NCBI GenBank assembly: GCA_964533945.1
Contig: CAZHPA010000006.1
Location: 157 to 64,156, forward strand
Direction of reading: 5' to 3'
DNA: 64,000 nt
From: an uncultured Defluviitaleaceae bacterium
GTDB lineage: Bacteria; Bacillota; Clostridia; Lachnospirales; WRBF01
In this document: piece after piece, positions 45,797 to 56,556 of the stretch
Position numbering within the stretch: the stretch's first letter is position 1
Layout of the letters: each line of letters begins with the position of its first letter
The notes under the pieces: generated by a model
What the model was told of the DNA's origin: nothing
Database searches by the model: none
Seen by the model: the letters and a program-made list of their open reading frames with translations, nothing else
Program-made: the position numbers and the translations under genes

Positions 45797-47413
45797 ATGG
45801 CAACACCAACATTTGTCTTCGGGCATAAAAACCCCGATACAGATTCAATATGCTCTGCTATAGCATATACAGAGCTAAAGAAAAAACTAGGTTATGAAGA
45901 TATTTACGCCTATCGGTTAGGAGAAGTTAATAAGGAAACGCAATTTGTACTTGACTATTTTGGTGTTAAAGCACCTCCTCTTTTAACCGATATTAAAGTT
46001 AAGCTAAAAGATTTAGGGTTGTATAACCCGGTGCCGCTTGCCGAAACAGACCCAATAATTAAAGCTTGGTCAACACTTAAAGCTTCAATCGGTTCAAGAA
46101 TTATGCCTGTTGTTGACAGCAAAGGTATGCTTTTGGGTGTTATTTCAAATAGCGATATTTCAAAAGTCTTTATGGAAGTAAACTATGAAGATATTTTGCA
46201 AAAATACGAAGTTGGCTATGAAAGCTTGCTAAAAGTTTTAAATGCTGAAGTTTTTTGTGGCGAATATGGCTATGACTATTTAATGGGCAAATTGTTTTTA
46301 GGTATTAGCAATGAAAATCTTGCAAGCCTAACAGACAAAGATGTTGTAATTACAGAAAATATCGAAGAAGCTAAAAAAATTGCAGAAAGTTCTAATTGCG
46401 GATTAATTATTTTAACAAATGGCGTAAAGCCTATCGAAAAAACAAAAACACCAATTGTTTGCGTTAAACACAAAACTTTTAAAGCTGTAACGCTTATAAA
46501 TCATGCGGTAACTGTTCGTTCTATTTTGAAAAAACAAAAGATTACAGCTTTTTCAACAGAAAATAATATTGAAGATATTTCGGGAATAATGAAAACATCA
46601 ACCCATAGAAACTTTCCTGTTGTTAATAGAGATGGGCGGCTTGTTGGAGTTATTTCAAGGCGACACTTAATCGAAAATACACAAAGACAGGTAATTTTGG
46701 TAGATCATAACGAACGCAGCCAATCTGTTGCCGGTCTTGAACAAGCAAATATAATCGAAGTTATAGACCACCACAGATTTGCAGATATTCAAACAGACTC
46801 TCCGCTTTTCATTCGTTCAGAACCAATTGGAAGTACGGCAACTATAATTTATAAAATGTATGTTGAAAATAGCATTAAACCAACAATTAAAATGGCAGGA
46901 ATTATGCTTTCTGCAATAATATCAGATACGCTGCTATTTACATCACCCACTTGCACATCAGCAGACCGTTCTGCAGCAGAACGCCTTGCTAAAATAGCAG
47001 GGGTTAAAATTGAAGAATACGCAAGCAAAATGTACAGCACAAGTACATCTATGGCAAATTACGAACCGGCGCAAATTTTGGAATTAGATAGAAAGCAATT
47101 TTCTTTCGACAAATATTTAGTATACATATCGCAAATTATTTCTTTAGACTTTAAATCTATTGTAGAAAAACGTGAAGAATTAATTAAGGCTATGGAAACT
47201 TTTGCAAGAAAAAATAAATGCGACCTTGTAATTTTAATGGTAACAGATATAGTGCTTGGCGGAAGTGAATTTATAGTAGTTGGTAAAGCTAAAGAACTTG
47301 CAGCCAAAGCTTTTGGCATGGAATATGATGAACTAAGCATATTTTTGCCCGGGGTTATATCGCGCAAAAAACAAGTTGTTCCAAAACTTAGCGTTGCAAA
47401 TCAAATGCTATAG
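45797..47413 (+). CDS. CBS-domain-containing DHH-family (family II) inorganic pyrophosphatase
   Basis: GHKNPDTDSICSA (DHH motif I), a CBS pair, VDHNE, DHHRF, and a DHHA2 C-terminus. Confidence 0.8.
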   Translation: MATPTFVFGHKNPDTDSICSAIAYTELKKKLGYEDIYAYRLGEVNKETQFVLDYFGVKAPPLLTDIKVKLKDLGLYNPVPLAETDPIIKAWSTLKASIGSRIMPVVDSKGMLLGVISNSDISKVFMEVNYEDILQKYEVGYESLLKVLNAEVFCGEYGYDYLMGKLFLGISNENLASLTDKDVVITENIEEAKKIAESSNCGLIILTNGVKPIEKTKTPIVCVKHKTFKAVTLINHAVTVRSILKKQKITAFSTENNIEDISGIMKTSTHRNFPVVNRDGRLVGVISRRHLIENTQRQVILVDHNERSQSVAGLEQANIIEVIDHHRFADIQTDSPLFIRSEPIGSTATIIYKMYVENSIKPTIKMAGIMLSAIISDTLLFTSPTCTSADRSAAERLAKIAGVKIEEYASKMYSTSTSMANYEPAQILELDRKQFSFDKYLVYISQIISLDFKSIVEKREELIKAMETFARKNKCDLVILMVTDIVLGGSEFIVVGKAKELAAKAFGMEYDELSIFLPGVISRKKQVVPKLSVANQML

Positions 47414-47529
47414 GTTTAAAATTAAGGTTAAAAGGGACGCTTCTATTTCAAAGAGCGTCCCATAAAATATAAAAATGTAGTGTTAATTATCAAATGACCA
47501 AATCGCAAAATCATTAAATGCAATAAAGA

Positions 47530-48108
47530 ATGGAGTTTGATTTTATGAACAAAATTCAATATAACTCTCCTGTCGTAATTACATATGCTTTAATTTCTTT
47601 GGCAGCGCTAGGCTTAGGGATTTTAACGGAAGATGTTTCAACATATTACTTGTTTAGCGTATACAAAAGCTCCTACACAGACCCTTTAACCTACATTAGA
47701 ATTTTCACCCATGTTTTAGGGCATATTAACTTTGAACATTATTTCAATAATATGATGTTGCTTTTGCTTTTAGGGCCAATACTAGAAGAAAAATACGGCT
47801 CTAAAATATTGCTTTTAACAATTGCGGCAACAGCGTTAATAACAGGAGCTTTGAATGTAGCGCTTTTCGATAATAGGTTACTAGGAGCCAGTGGCATAGT
47901 TTTTATGTTTATACTTTTAAGTTCTTTTGCAAACGTGCAAAAAGGGCGCGTACCTTTAACGTTAATATTGGTTGCTATAATTTTTATAGGCAAAGAAATT
48001 GCAGCAGGCATTTTGCTAAGCGACAACGTATCACAAATTACCCATATAGCAGGCGGATTTTGTGGCGCAGTAATTGGATTTTTAGTTAACAAAAAGCAAG
48101 CTTGCTAA
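47530..48108 (+). CDS. Rhomboid family intramembrane serine protease
   Basis: Six TM segments. ..HVLGHINFEHYFNNM.. and the GASGIVF catalytic Ser motif. A distal ..ITHIAGGFCG.. supplies the His. Confidence 0.8.
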   Translation: MEFDFMNKIQYNSPVVITYALISLAALGLGILTEDVSTYYLFSVYKSSYTDPLTYIRIFTHVLGHINFEHYFNNMMLLLLLGPILEEKYGSKILLLTIAATALITGALNVALFDNRLLGASGIVFMFILLSSFANVQKGRVPLTLILVAIIFIGKEIAAGILLSDNVSQITHIAGGFCGAVIGFLVNKKQAC

Positions 48109-48144
48109 ATCTAACATCTAAGTTCAAGAGGGAGAAGATTTGGT

Positions 48145-48960
48145 ATGAGCATAAGCAATGAAAATATTAGAGTAAATACAACTATACCAAGCCTTAAAGA
48201 TAAAATTAAGCTTGATGTTGATGTTCCAACCGATAAGGTGTATTGGTATATAAGATTTAATACTCCTCTTGACAAAACATCTGTTTCTAAAGACACTATG
48301 AACGTAACAGACACCGAAGGCTATATTATGCGAACATATATTAGCTATGACGAAACAGAAAACTTAATTGTTATAGTTCCAAAAGATTCGTACCAGCAAA
48401 ACAGATACTATTTATTAAATATTTCAAAAGAAGTTCGTTCTGAAAAAGGGCAAGGCCCAAAGCATGAAATGCATATTTTATTTAAACTTATAAATAACAG
48501 AATTTCTGAATTTGAAGTTTTAAAAAAGAATGTAAAAGTTCCATATCCTCGCCCACGCCCTTCAGATTATGACGAAAAAAATACTGTATTTAAAGTTTAC
48601 ACACCTGAAAGCAGAGAATTAATTAAATCAACTTCGCTAGATGTTTTGCCGTTTGGGGAAATGAAAATTAACATTATTTTAGGAGTTTTAGGGCTTTTAC
48701 TTATTATTATTAGCGTTTTTGTAAACATTCCGGTTTTTACGTTTGTTAGTATTGGCATTTGTTTGTTTGGAGTTTTGCATATTTTTTACCAGCTTTCAAA
48801 GAAAAGCTTGCGTTCAACAATAACCTACAATAGAGGAGTAATGCATTTTAATTCAGAAAATTACAAAAAAGCAAACATTTTATTTAAAAAAGCGTTAAGC
48901 ATTGATGAAAAAAACGAACTTGCAGAGTTTGCGCTTAGCAAGAGCAGTTTTTATATTTAA
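48145..48960 (+). CDS. Hypothetical membrane protein (N-terminal Ig-like/SbsA-like domain, two TM segments, C-terminal TPR-like segment)
   Basis: 271-aa ORF. Domain guesses come from the sequence pattern only. Confidence 0.45.
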   Translation: MSISNENIRVNTTIPSLKDKIKLDVDVPTDKVYWYIRFNTPLDKTSVSKDTMNVTDTEGYIMRTYISYDETENLIVIVPKDSYQQNRYYLLNISKEVRSEKGQGPKHEMHILFKLINNRISEFEVLKKNVKVPYPRPRPSDYDEKNTVFKVYTPESRELIKSTSLDVLPFGEMKINIILGVLGLLLIIISVFVNIPVFTFVSIGICLFGVLHIFYQLSKKSLRSTITYNRGVMHFNSENYKKANILFKKALSIDEKNELAEFALSKSSFYI

Positions 48961-48985
48961 TACCAAAGATAAAGGAGGTTCTCCT

Positions 48986-50686
48986 ATGCACATGACGCAA
49001 AGGAAAACGGCAATTTTAACTTTAGTTTTAACCTTATCTTTTTCAATAACTACTTTTGCCGCTGATGCTTCACAGGCAGCGGCAAATGCTTCAAGATTTG
49101 GCATTTTCACAATTCTACCCCCTCTAATTGCTATAGCATTGGCATTTATTACTAAAAATGTAATTATTTCACTCTTTCTTGGTTCTCTCACAGGTTTCTT
49201 CATAATTAATATCGCCGACAAAAATATTTTTTCCGCATTAATAGGTTCATTTCTAAGTTTTATTCAAGCAGCGCTTTATTCACTGGCAGATAGCTGGAAC
49301 GCCGGAATTATTTTGCAAGTTTTAGTAATAGGCGGTGTTGTTGCGCTTGTTTCAAAAATGGGCGGTGCTAAAGCTGTTGCAGAAGCAATTGTTAAAAAGG
49401 CAAAGTCTCCCGTTAGCACTCAAATTGCAACATTTTTACTAGGGCTTTTAGTTTTCTTTGATGATTACGCAAATGCTTTAATTGTTGGACCTATAATGCG
49501 CCCAATATATGATAAAATGAAAATCTCAAGAGAAAAACTTGCATTTGTTGTTGATGCAACAGCTGCTCCAATTGCCGGAATTGCAATTATTTCAACGTGG
49601 ATTGGATTAGAAATTAGCTTAATTCGTTCGGCATATGCTTCAAGTGGACAAGAGGTTGACGCTTTCGGTATTTTCCTTAAAACAATACCATACAGATTTT
49701 ATAACATATTTATGCTTGTTTTTGTAGTTTTAACAGCTGTTATGATGCGTGAATTTGGACCTATGCTTAAAGCAGAAATTAGAGCAAGAAAAGGCGAAAA
49801 ATCTAAAACGCCGGCAATCGGTCAAGGCGACTTTCAAGATATGGAGCCAAAAGAAGGCATTAAACCAAGCATATTAAATGCAGTTATTCCAATTGGAACG
49901 CTTATTGTTGCATCCCTTTTAAGCTTCTATTTTTCAGGGCGCGAGGCGCTTTTTGCAGAAGGTGATGAAGCACTTATTGCTCTTGTTACACAAAATCCGT
50001 TTTCGTTGCGCGCATTGCAAGAATGTGTTGGAATGGCAGATGCTTCGGTTGCGCTTTTTCAATCGGCGTTGTTTGCAGCTATAGTTGCTATTATTATGGC
50101 AATATCCAAAAAAATATTTACACTTACAGAAAGTATAGAAGTTTTTATTAGCGGCATGAAGAATTTGCTTGTTACAGGCGTTATTTTAATTTTGGCGTGG
50201 AGTTTAAGTTCTGTAATTAAGGAATTGGGAACAGCAGCGTTTTTAGTTGAAAATTTATCGGATAAAGTGCCGTATTTCATATTGCCGTCGTTTATATTTG
50301 TTTTAGGCTCTATTATATCGTTTTCAACGGGTACTGCCTATGGAACAATGGGCATTATGATGCCGCTTGCCGTGCCGTTTGCAATAGCTATTAACCCTGA
50401 TTTAAGTTACACAGTTGTTTGCACTTCGGCTGTTTTAACAAGCGCTATTTTTGGCGACCATTGTTCTCCTATTTCAGACACAACAATTTTATCTTCAATG
50501 GGCTCTTCTTGCAACCATATGGACCACGTTAATACACAAATGCCATATGCACTATTTGTTGCAGGAGTTGCAATTACTTTAGGATATTTACCAGCGGGGT
50601 TTGGCATTTCGTGGTTTATACTTTTACCTGTTGGAATATTAGCTTTAATTGGGCTTTTAAGAGTGTTTGGGAAGAAAGTTGTTTAA
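48986..50686 (+). CDS. Na+/H+ antiporter NhaC family protein
   Basis: ATG 48986 after AAAGGAGG. Polytopic, with ..FFDDYANALIVGP.. and ..GDHCSPISDTT.. motifs typical of NhaC-type transporters. Confidence 0.85.
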   Translation: MHMTQRKTAILTLVLTLSFSITTFAADASQAAANASRFGIFTILPPLIAIALAFITKNVIISLFLGSLTGFFIINIADKNIFSALIGSFLSFIQAALYSLADSWNAGIILQVLVIGGVVALVSKMGGAKAVAEAIVKKAKSPVSTQIATFLLGLLVFFDDYANALIVGPIMRPIYDKMKISREKLAFVVDATAAPIAGIAIISTWIGLEISLIRSAYASSGQEVDAFGIFLKTIPYRFYNIFMLVFVVLTAVMMREFGPMLKAEIRARKGEKSKTPAIGQGDFQDMEPKEGIKPSILNAVIPIGTLIVASLLSFYFSGREALFAEGDEALIALVTQNPFSLRALQECVGMADASVALFQSALFAAIVAIIMAISKKIFTLTESIEVFISGMKNLLVTGVILILAWSLSSVIKELGTAAFLVENLSDKVPYFILPSFIFVLGSIISFSTGTAYGTMGIMMPLAVPFAIAINPDLSYTVVCTSAVLTSAIFGDHCSPISDTTILSSMGSSCNHMDHVNTQMPYALFVAGVAITLGYLPAGFGISWFILLPVGILALIGLLRVFGKKVV

Positions 50687-50892
50687 TACATAAAAACAAA
50701 AAACCTATCGGATTTTAAAATTACAATGCTTTTGTTTGCTGAATCTTAAGTTTTTAAAAGTATTTGGGGGAAAAGTTGTTTAATACATAAAAGCAAAAAA
50801 CTTATTGGGTTTTAAAGTTGTAGTGCTTTTGCTTGTTTGGAAAAAAGATTTAACACATAAAAATAATGCTGTCGGGTTTATCGACAGCATTT
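50664..50892 (+). repeat. Three degenerate tandem copies of the nhaC 3' end plus terminator region
   Basis: TTTGGGaAgAAAGTTGTTTAATACATAAAAaCAAAAAAC.. at 50664 recurs at 50762 and, truncated, at 50833. Each copy ends in a hairpin. Confidence 0.6.
50865..50891. terminator. Bidirectional Rho-independent terminator between nhaC (+) and the rny operon (-)
   Basis: AATGCTGTCG-GGTTTAT-CGACAGCATT. T-rich tracts follow on both strands (ATTATTTTTAT on the minus strand). Confidence 0.65.
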
Positions 50893-50930
50893 AAATTATT
50901 TTGCATAATCAGCCGCTATTCTTTTATATT

Positions 50931-51308
50931 TCATATCATATACCATGTTTCTATTTTGCTATGCTGTATCGTTCTTTTTGTTGTTTCCATAGGTTTGTTT
51001 TGCATATGTTTGATGTGCGAACAAGCCCTAAACTCCTCGTTTTCTATGCGGCGCAATAAATCTTTTGCAGCAATAACTGCTTGCGGATTTTTTCTTGCAA
51101 CTCTGTTTGATGCAATTACAATTTTCAAGGCTTCGATTTCTCTGTCGGAATTAATAATGCGATAAAGCGAACATACTCGTGTTTGTGTGCCACTAATTTT
51201 GGCATCAAAAGTATTATTGCCGTTATTGAAAATCTCATCAATAAGTTTTCTTTTTGAATCAACATTCTCAAGTTCATTAAGTCTTAACAAGAAAGTTTCC
51301 ATATACAT
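50931..51308 (-). CDS. Hypothetical protein downstream of rny
   Basis: 125-aa ORF between rny and the bidirectional terminator. No recognisable motif, and the coding status is unverified. Confidence 0.4.
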   Translation of the reverse strand: MYMETFLLRLNELENVDSKRKLIDEIFNNGNNTFDAKISGTQTRVCSLYRIINSDREIEALKIVIASNRVARKNPQAVIAAKDLLRRIENEEFRACSHIKHMQNKPMETTKRTIQHSKIETWYMI

Positions 51309-51443
51309 TCCAACAAACCATAACCCAGCCGACCTATATGCTCTAACAAATTGCGCATCGATTATTAGTTCTTTTCAAGAAGCTTACCCCCTTGATTCCG
51401 ACAATGCTATACCATGAAAAGTGATGCTTTAAGATTTTTTAAA

Positions 51444-53006
51444 TTATTTAGCATAATCAACCGCTCTTGTTTCCCTAATTAAATTAACTTTAATTTGACC
51501 CGGATATTCAAGCTCGTTTTCAACTCGTTTTGCAATATCATGTGCCAAAGCCGCAAGCATATTTTCTTCAACTTCTTCCGAAATAATAATAACCCTAAGT
51601 TCACGCCCTGCTTGAATCGCAAATGATTTTTCAACGCCTTTGTAACTGTCTGCAATAGCTTCAAGCTTTTGAAGGCGCTTAATATATGCTTCAAGCGTTT
51701 CACGCCTTGCCCCTGGTCTTGAAGCTGAAATCGCATCTGCTGTTTGTGTTATAATAGAGATTATATTTGTTGGTTCAACATCTCCGTGATGCGATTCAAC
51801 AGCATTTATAATAATGTCAGACTCACGGTATTTTCTGCACAGTGCCGCACCTATTGAAATATGGGAACCGTCCATGTCGTGGTCTACAGATTTTCCTATG
51901 TCATGTAATAATCCGGCACGCCTTGCAACCGTAACGTCTGCGCCAAGTTCGGCAGCAATCATTCCGCACAAATGCGACACCTCTATAGAATGTTTAAGGA
52001 CATTTTGCCCGTAACTTGTTCTAAATTTCATTTTTCCAAGTAGCCTTATAATATCAGGGTGAAGCCCATGTACTCCTGTTTCAAAAGTTGCAGCTTCTCC
52101 TTCTTCACGAATTGTTACTTCAACTTCTTTTTTTGCTTTTTCAACCATTTCTTCAATTCTTGCAGGGTGCACCCTGCCGTCAACAATTAATTTTTCTAAT
52201 GCAATTCTTGCAATTTCACGCCGCATTGTATCAAATCCCGATAAAATGACAGCTTCTGGTGTATCATCAATAATAAAATCAATGCCTGTTAAAGATTCAA
52301 GCGTTCTAATATTTCTACCTTCGCGCCCGATTATTCGCCCTTTCATCTCGTCGTTGGGCAGTGTTACTACAGAAACTGTTGTTTCGGCAACGTGGTCAAC
52401 GGCGCAGCGTTGTATTGCACTTGCCAAAATTTCTCGTCCTCTTTTTTCACATTCAAGTTTTGCTTTTGCTTCATAGTCTTTAATCATTCTGCCGGTATCT
52501 GCTTTTATTTCTTCTCTAACATTTGAAAGCAAAATTTCTTTTGCCTGTTCAGTTGTAAGCCCTGAAATGCGTTCCAGTTCTAAAGAATGAAGTTCCATAA
52601 CTTTAGCAATTTCATTTTTTTGAAGCTCTACAGCTTCTAATTTAGTTTGCAAAACTTCTTCTTTTTTCTCAATAGCTTCCGACTTTTTGTCAAGAGATTC
52701 TTCTTTTTGAAGAAGTCTTCTTTCAAGCCTCTGAACTTCTCCCCGTCGTTCTTTTGCTTCCTTTTCGGCTTCATTTTTTGTTTTAATACTTTCTTCTTTG
52801 GCTTCTAAAAGCAATTCTTTTTTTAGCGCTTCTGCAGCCCGTCTTGCTTCTTCGATTATAAATACAGCTTCTTTTTCAGCGCTGCCAAGTTTAGATTCGG
52901 CAATTTTCTTTCTATAGGTAATGCCGACATAAAAGCTTACTGTAATAATTCCTATTGCAACCAATATAATGGCTAATGTAATGATGATTAAATCCAGAAG
53001 TAACAC
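51444..53006 (-). CDS. rny: Ribonuclease Y
   Basis: N-terminal TM, coiled coil, KH domain (..[12 protein letters not shown]..), HD domain (..LLHDIGK..). Confidence 0.95.
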   Translation of the reverse strand: MLLLDLIIITLAIILVAIGIITVSFYVGITYRKKIAESKLGSAEKEAVFIIEEARRAAEALKKELLLEAKEESIKTKNEAEKEAKERRGEVQRLERRLLQKEESLDKKSEAIEKKEEVLQTKLEAVELQKNEIAKVMELHSLELERISGLTTEQAKEILLSNVREEIKADTGRMIKDYEAKAKLECEKRGREILASAIQRCAVDHVAETTVSVVTLPNDEMKGRIIGREGRNIRTLESLTGIDFIIDDTPEAVILSGFDTMRREIARIALEKLIVDGRVHPARIEEMVEKAKKEVEVTIREEGEAATFETGVHGLHPDIIRLLGKMKFRTSYGQNVLKHSIEVSHLCGMIAAELGADVTVARRAGLLHDIGKSVDHDMDGSHISIGAALCRKYRESDIIINAVESHHGDVEPTNIISIITQTADAISASRPGARRETLEAYIKRLQKLEAIADSYKGVEKSFAIQAGRELRVIIISEEVEENMLAALAHDIAKRVENELEYPGQIKVNLIRETRAVDYAK

Positions 53007-53206
53007 CTCCTTCTATGCTAATTATATATTAAAGTGATATGCTTTTTAATCCTCAATATTTATTTAATAATTTAAAGAAGAAATAATTTTAAGCAAACAC
53101 TTAAAACATTGTATAACTTTTTAAAAACTATGTCAAGCGTATGGGAAATGAACAGCAACATTAACAAAAATATTATGCACAATTCGCTATTAAATGTGGA
53201 TTTTAT

Positions 53207-54184
53207 TCAAATGCTGTACTTCATAATTAAAGTTTCGACAGCAGTTCTATCATTAATTTTGCCTGTTTTTATATTAACGTCAGTAATTAAGCAATCTTTA
53301 ATTGCACCAATAAGGGTTTTTATATCATAGATTTTACCTTGTTTAATACATTCGTTTGCAACAAAGCTTCTAATGCCAAGCGTGCTTGCGGCATCTTGGT
53401 TTTGCTCTGCTAAAATTTTGCATTGCAAAATAAGCCTAAACTGTCTTGCTATCATGCTAACTATCATTAACGGCGACTCTTTCATCTGTACTAAATTATT
53501 AAAAATTTCAAGTGCGGCAGCCGGTTTTTTTGTTGAAACAGCGTCAACTAAGTCGAATATTTTAGTTTCCAGAGATTTTACACATAAGTTGTTAATGTCT
53601 TCTTTTGAAATTTGCTTAACTGTTTGTGCGAATGAAATTAATTTTTGTGTTTCGCCTTCAATAGTTTCCATATTGTATTCAACGGTTCTAAGCAAATGTA
53701 TTATAGATTCGTTTTCTATGGAAATATTAGCATTTATAAACTTCTTTTTGCACCAAATAGCAAGCTGATGTTCGGACGGCATTTTAAATTCGCAGCAATA
53801 GCCAACTTTTGAAATTGCCTTAAACAATTTGCTTCTTTTATCAACGCTAATTTCATTAAATATAATAGTGCAACTATCTAAAGTCGAAGTATTGTTATTT
53901 AAAAAGTTTATAATATTATTGTTATCACTTTCACTTTTTTTGTTTAAAGAAAAAAGCCCCGAATTTCGTACAATTATCACTCTTTTTTCATCGAAAAATG
54001 AAAGTGTTGTTGCTATATCAATTAGTTTTAAAGCTTCATCTTCCAAAACATCTATGTTTACATAATTTTGAGTAACTGCATCGCATAGCTTTTTTTCATA
54101 TAATTTGACCAAATATGCTTCCCCATACAGCAAATAAACCGGAACTAATGTTTTGCTTGCTATGTGTTTAATAATAGTTTGCAT
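53207..54184 (-). CDS. holA: DNA polymerase III subunit delta
   Basis: 325 aa. N-terminus ..PVYLLYGEAYL... Located immediately downstream of comEC, as in other Firmicutes. Confidence 0.85.
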   Translation of the reverse strand: MQTIIKHIASKTLVPVYLLYGEAYLVKLYEKKLCDAVTQNYVNIDVLEDEALKLIDIATTLSFFDEKRVIIVRNSGLFSLNKKSESDNNNIINFLNNNTSTLDSCTIIFNEISVDKRSKLFKAISKVGYCCEFKMPSEHQLAIWCKKKFINANISIENESIIHLLRTVEYNMETIEGETQKLISFAQTVKQISKEDINNLCVKSLETKIFDLVDAVSTKKPAAALEIFNNLVQMKESPLMIVSMIARQFRLILQCKILAEQNQDAASTLGIRSFVANECIKQGKIYDIKTLIGAIKDCLITDVNIKTGKINDRTAVETLIMKYSI

Positions 54185-54187
54185 AAC

Positions 54188-56545
54188 TTACCGCCTTTCA
54201 AGCATAGCTTTAACCGTCACTTGCTTTCCATCTTTACCTATAGTTATTATAACAGAACCACTTTCGGCAGTGTTATATAGTTTTATGCCTTTTTCCTTAA
54301 ATCTTTCGACAACGTTAGGGTTTGGGTGGTTATATGCGTTGTTTTTGCCTGTGCTAACAATTGCAAACTGTGGGTTAACCGCTTTTATAAATTCATTTCC
54401 GCTTGAATATTTAGACCCATGATGTCCAAGCTTTAAAATATTTGCAGAAACGTCAATTCCAAGATTTAGCATAGCTTCTTCTTGCGGCATTCCACTATCG
54501 CCTGTAAATAAAGCACTAACACCTTTAATTTTTGCTTTTAAAATAACCGACTGGTCGTTTGCAGTTTTTACTTCATAGTGATAAGATTGGTTTGTTGGTG
54601 GTGGAAAAAGGCACTCGAATTCAAAGTCTCCTATTTCTATAATATTTCCTGCCGAAATATATTCAATTAAAACCCCTTTTCTTGAAGCAAGTTTTTGCAA
54701 TTCGTTTTCAAGGCTGCTTTTAACATTACTTTCTGCTAAAAATATTTTTTCAATATTTTTATTGCTTTTAATGAGTTCTAAAGTTCCAAATGCATGGTCA
54801 TAGTCGGTGTGTGATAAAAATATAGCGTTAATATTACTTATTCCATAATAATCTAAATAGGGTTTAATTACAGAGTTTCCAGTATTTTCACCAATATCTT
54901 TTCCATATATTCCGCCGCTGTCTATTAAAATTGTTTTGCCACCGCTTTTCAAAATAAAGCAATCGCCTTGTGAAACGTCAAGCATAGTAATAGTTGATTC
55001 CTTTTTAACGTAAGCATCGTATATATTTGAAGCATAAATGCTTGCAATAAATAACAATCCTGTTACAACAGCGCAAGCTTTATAAAACTTCTTTTTATTA
55101 ACTTTGCTTCCTAATGCCAAAACTAAAAATACCCCAAAAACATACCAAAGCACTATTGTATGTATGGCAGGTTTTCCCACCAAAATCATTGAAAACGGAA
55201 GAGAAGCAATAAAGCTGCATATAAATTCGTATGTTTTTAAAAGTGAAAACAAAACGCCTGAAAAAAGCGTTGCAATATTAATGCTGAAAAGTCCTAAAAC
55301 TCCAACTATAAAGCCAAAAGCAACTATAACTGAAACAGTTGGAACAATTAAAGCATTTCCGATAACGCTATATGTTGTGAAATAGTAGAAAAACGACAAT
55401 ATAATAGGTATGCTGAAAAAAGTTGCCGATATAAAAGGAGCTAATATTTTAGAAAATTTCTTCATAACATCGGCACTAAATGCCAATCCAAAAACAGCAG
55501 CAAATGATAAAAGAAAGCCTATGTCCCATAAATACAGTGGTTGGTAAATTAAAAACACAATGCACACAAATGCCGCACATGATAATAAATCGCTATCTTT
55601 TGACAAAAACTTAGAAAAAGCACTAATAGCAAACATAGCAACGGCTCTTATAGTTGAAATGCTACCGCCTGTTAAAATGCAATATGAAATTAATATTAAA
55701 AGCGTTGTTATTTCGGAACTTTTCTTGCTTAAAAATAAAGACAGGGTTCTTCTTAGCCCTAAGCCAAAAATTGCAACATGAAGCCCCGAAATTGCAAGGA
55801 TATGATATACCCCGGCAATTCTAAATGTTTCGGCGATATTTTCATCAATCGAAGACTTGTCGCCAAGCATTATTGCTTTAATAATTCCGGCTTCTTCTTT
55901 TGGCAATGTTTCATCATATATATTCAAAATTTTATTTTTAAGGCGAACCAATGCGGTGTTTAATATGATTATTTTATTGCCTTCAATAGCTTCTTCAACA
56001 AACATTTTGTAATGAATGCCTCTTGACTTAAAATAGTTAAATTCATCAAAGCCGCCATCATTTCTTTTGCCATCTAAAAGTGAAATTTTGCCTTTTAAAG
56101 CAGCTTCCTTTCCAATTTCAAGATTTTGACCCTCTTTTAAATATGCAACAACATTTACATTTGCGGAAATTTTAGTATTTTCATAGTTTAGTAGTTTAAC
56201 TTTAAATATTACTTTTTGGCGATTAGATTTAGATATAGAAGCATCTTTAACAAAACCTGAAACAAAAACAACGCTATCTTTTTGCGCAAGGTGTTCGATT
56301 CTAATATTTTTAGGCTGTATACTGCTTTTAAAGCTTAAAAACCCTATAGCTAAAAACAAGCACAAAACAAATATAGGGCGATATTTATATATAAAGTACA
56401 TTAATAAAACAACTAAAAAGCCACCAAAAAAGAATATGGCAGCACCAAATAATTCAGGAATATATTTTGAAATAAGTATTCCATATATTAAAAATACAAG
56501 ACAAAAAAGCATTGGACGCTTCATTGCAAACACCCCATTAAACAT
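54188..56545 (-). CDS. comEC: DNA internalization-related competence protein ComEC/Rec2
   Basis: Competence domain (..AGVYHILAISGLHV..), many TM segments, and a C-terminal metallo-beta-lactamase domain (..MLDVSQGDCF.., ..SHTDYDH..). The likely start is ATG 56524. Confidence 0.9.
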   Translation of the reverse strand: MFNGVFAMKRPMLFCLVFLIYGILISKYIPELFGAAIFFFGGFLVVLLMYFIYKYRPIFVLCLFLAIGFLSFKSSIQPKNIRIEHLAQKDSVVFVSGFVKDASISKSNRQKVIFKVKLLNYENTKISANVNVVAYLKEGQNLEIGKEAALKGKISLLDGKRNDGGFDEFNYFKSRGIHYKMFVEEAIEGNKIIILNTALVRLKNKILNIYDETLPKEEAGIIKAIMLGDKSSIDENIAETFRIAGVYHILAISGLHVAIFGLGLRRTLSLFLSKKSSEITTLLILISYCILTGGSISTIRAVAMFAISAFSKFLSKDSDLLSCAAFVCIVFLIYQPLYLWDIGFLLSFAAVFGLAFSADVMKKFSKILAPFISATFFSIPIILSFFYYFTTYSVIGNALIVPTVSVIVAFGFIVGVLGLFSINIATLFSGVLFSLLKTYEFICSFIASLPFSMILVGKPAIHTIVLWYVFGVFLVLALGSKVNKKKFYKACAVVTGLLFIASIYASNIYDAYVKKESTITMLDVSQGDCFILKSGGKTILIDSGGIYGKDIGENTGNSVIKPYLDYYGISNINAIFLSHTDYDHAFGTLELIKSNKNIEKIFLAESNVKSSLENELQKLASRKGVLIEYISAGNIIEIGDFEFECLFPPPTNQSYHYEVKTANDQSVILKAKIKGVSALFTGDSGMPQEEAMLNLGIDVSANILKLGHHGSKYSSGNEFIKAVNPQFAIVSTGKNNAYNHPNPNVVERFKEKGIKLYNTAESGSVIITIGKDGKQVTVKAMLERR

Positions 56546-56556
56546 TTACGGTGCTA

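Noticed and set aside
50664-50892. Possible CRISPR array or minisatellite after nhaC
   Set aside because: There are only three degenerate copies and they include the gene 3' end. No constant repeat / unique spacer organisation and no cas genes in the window.
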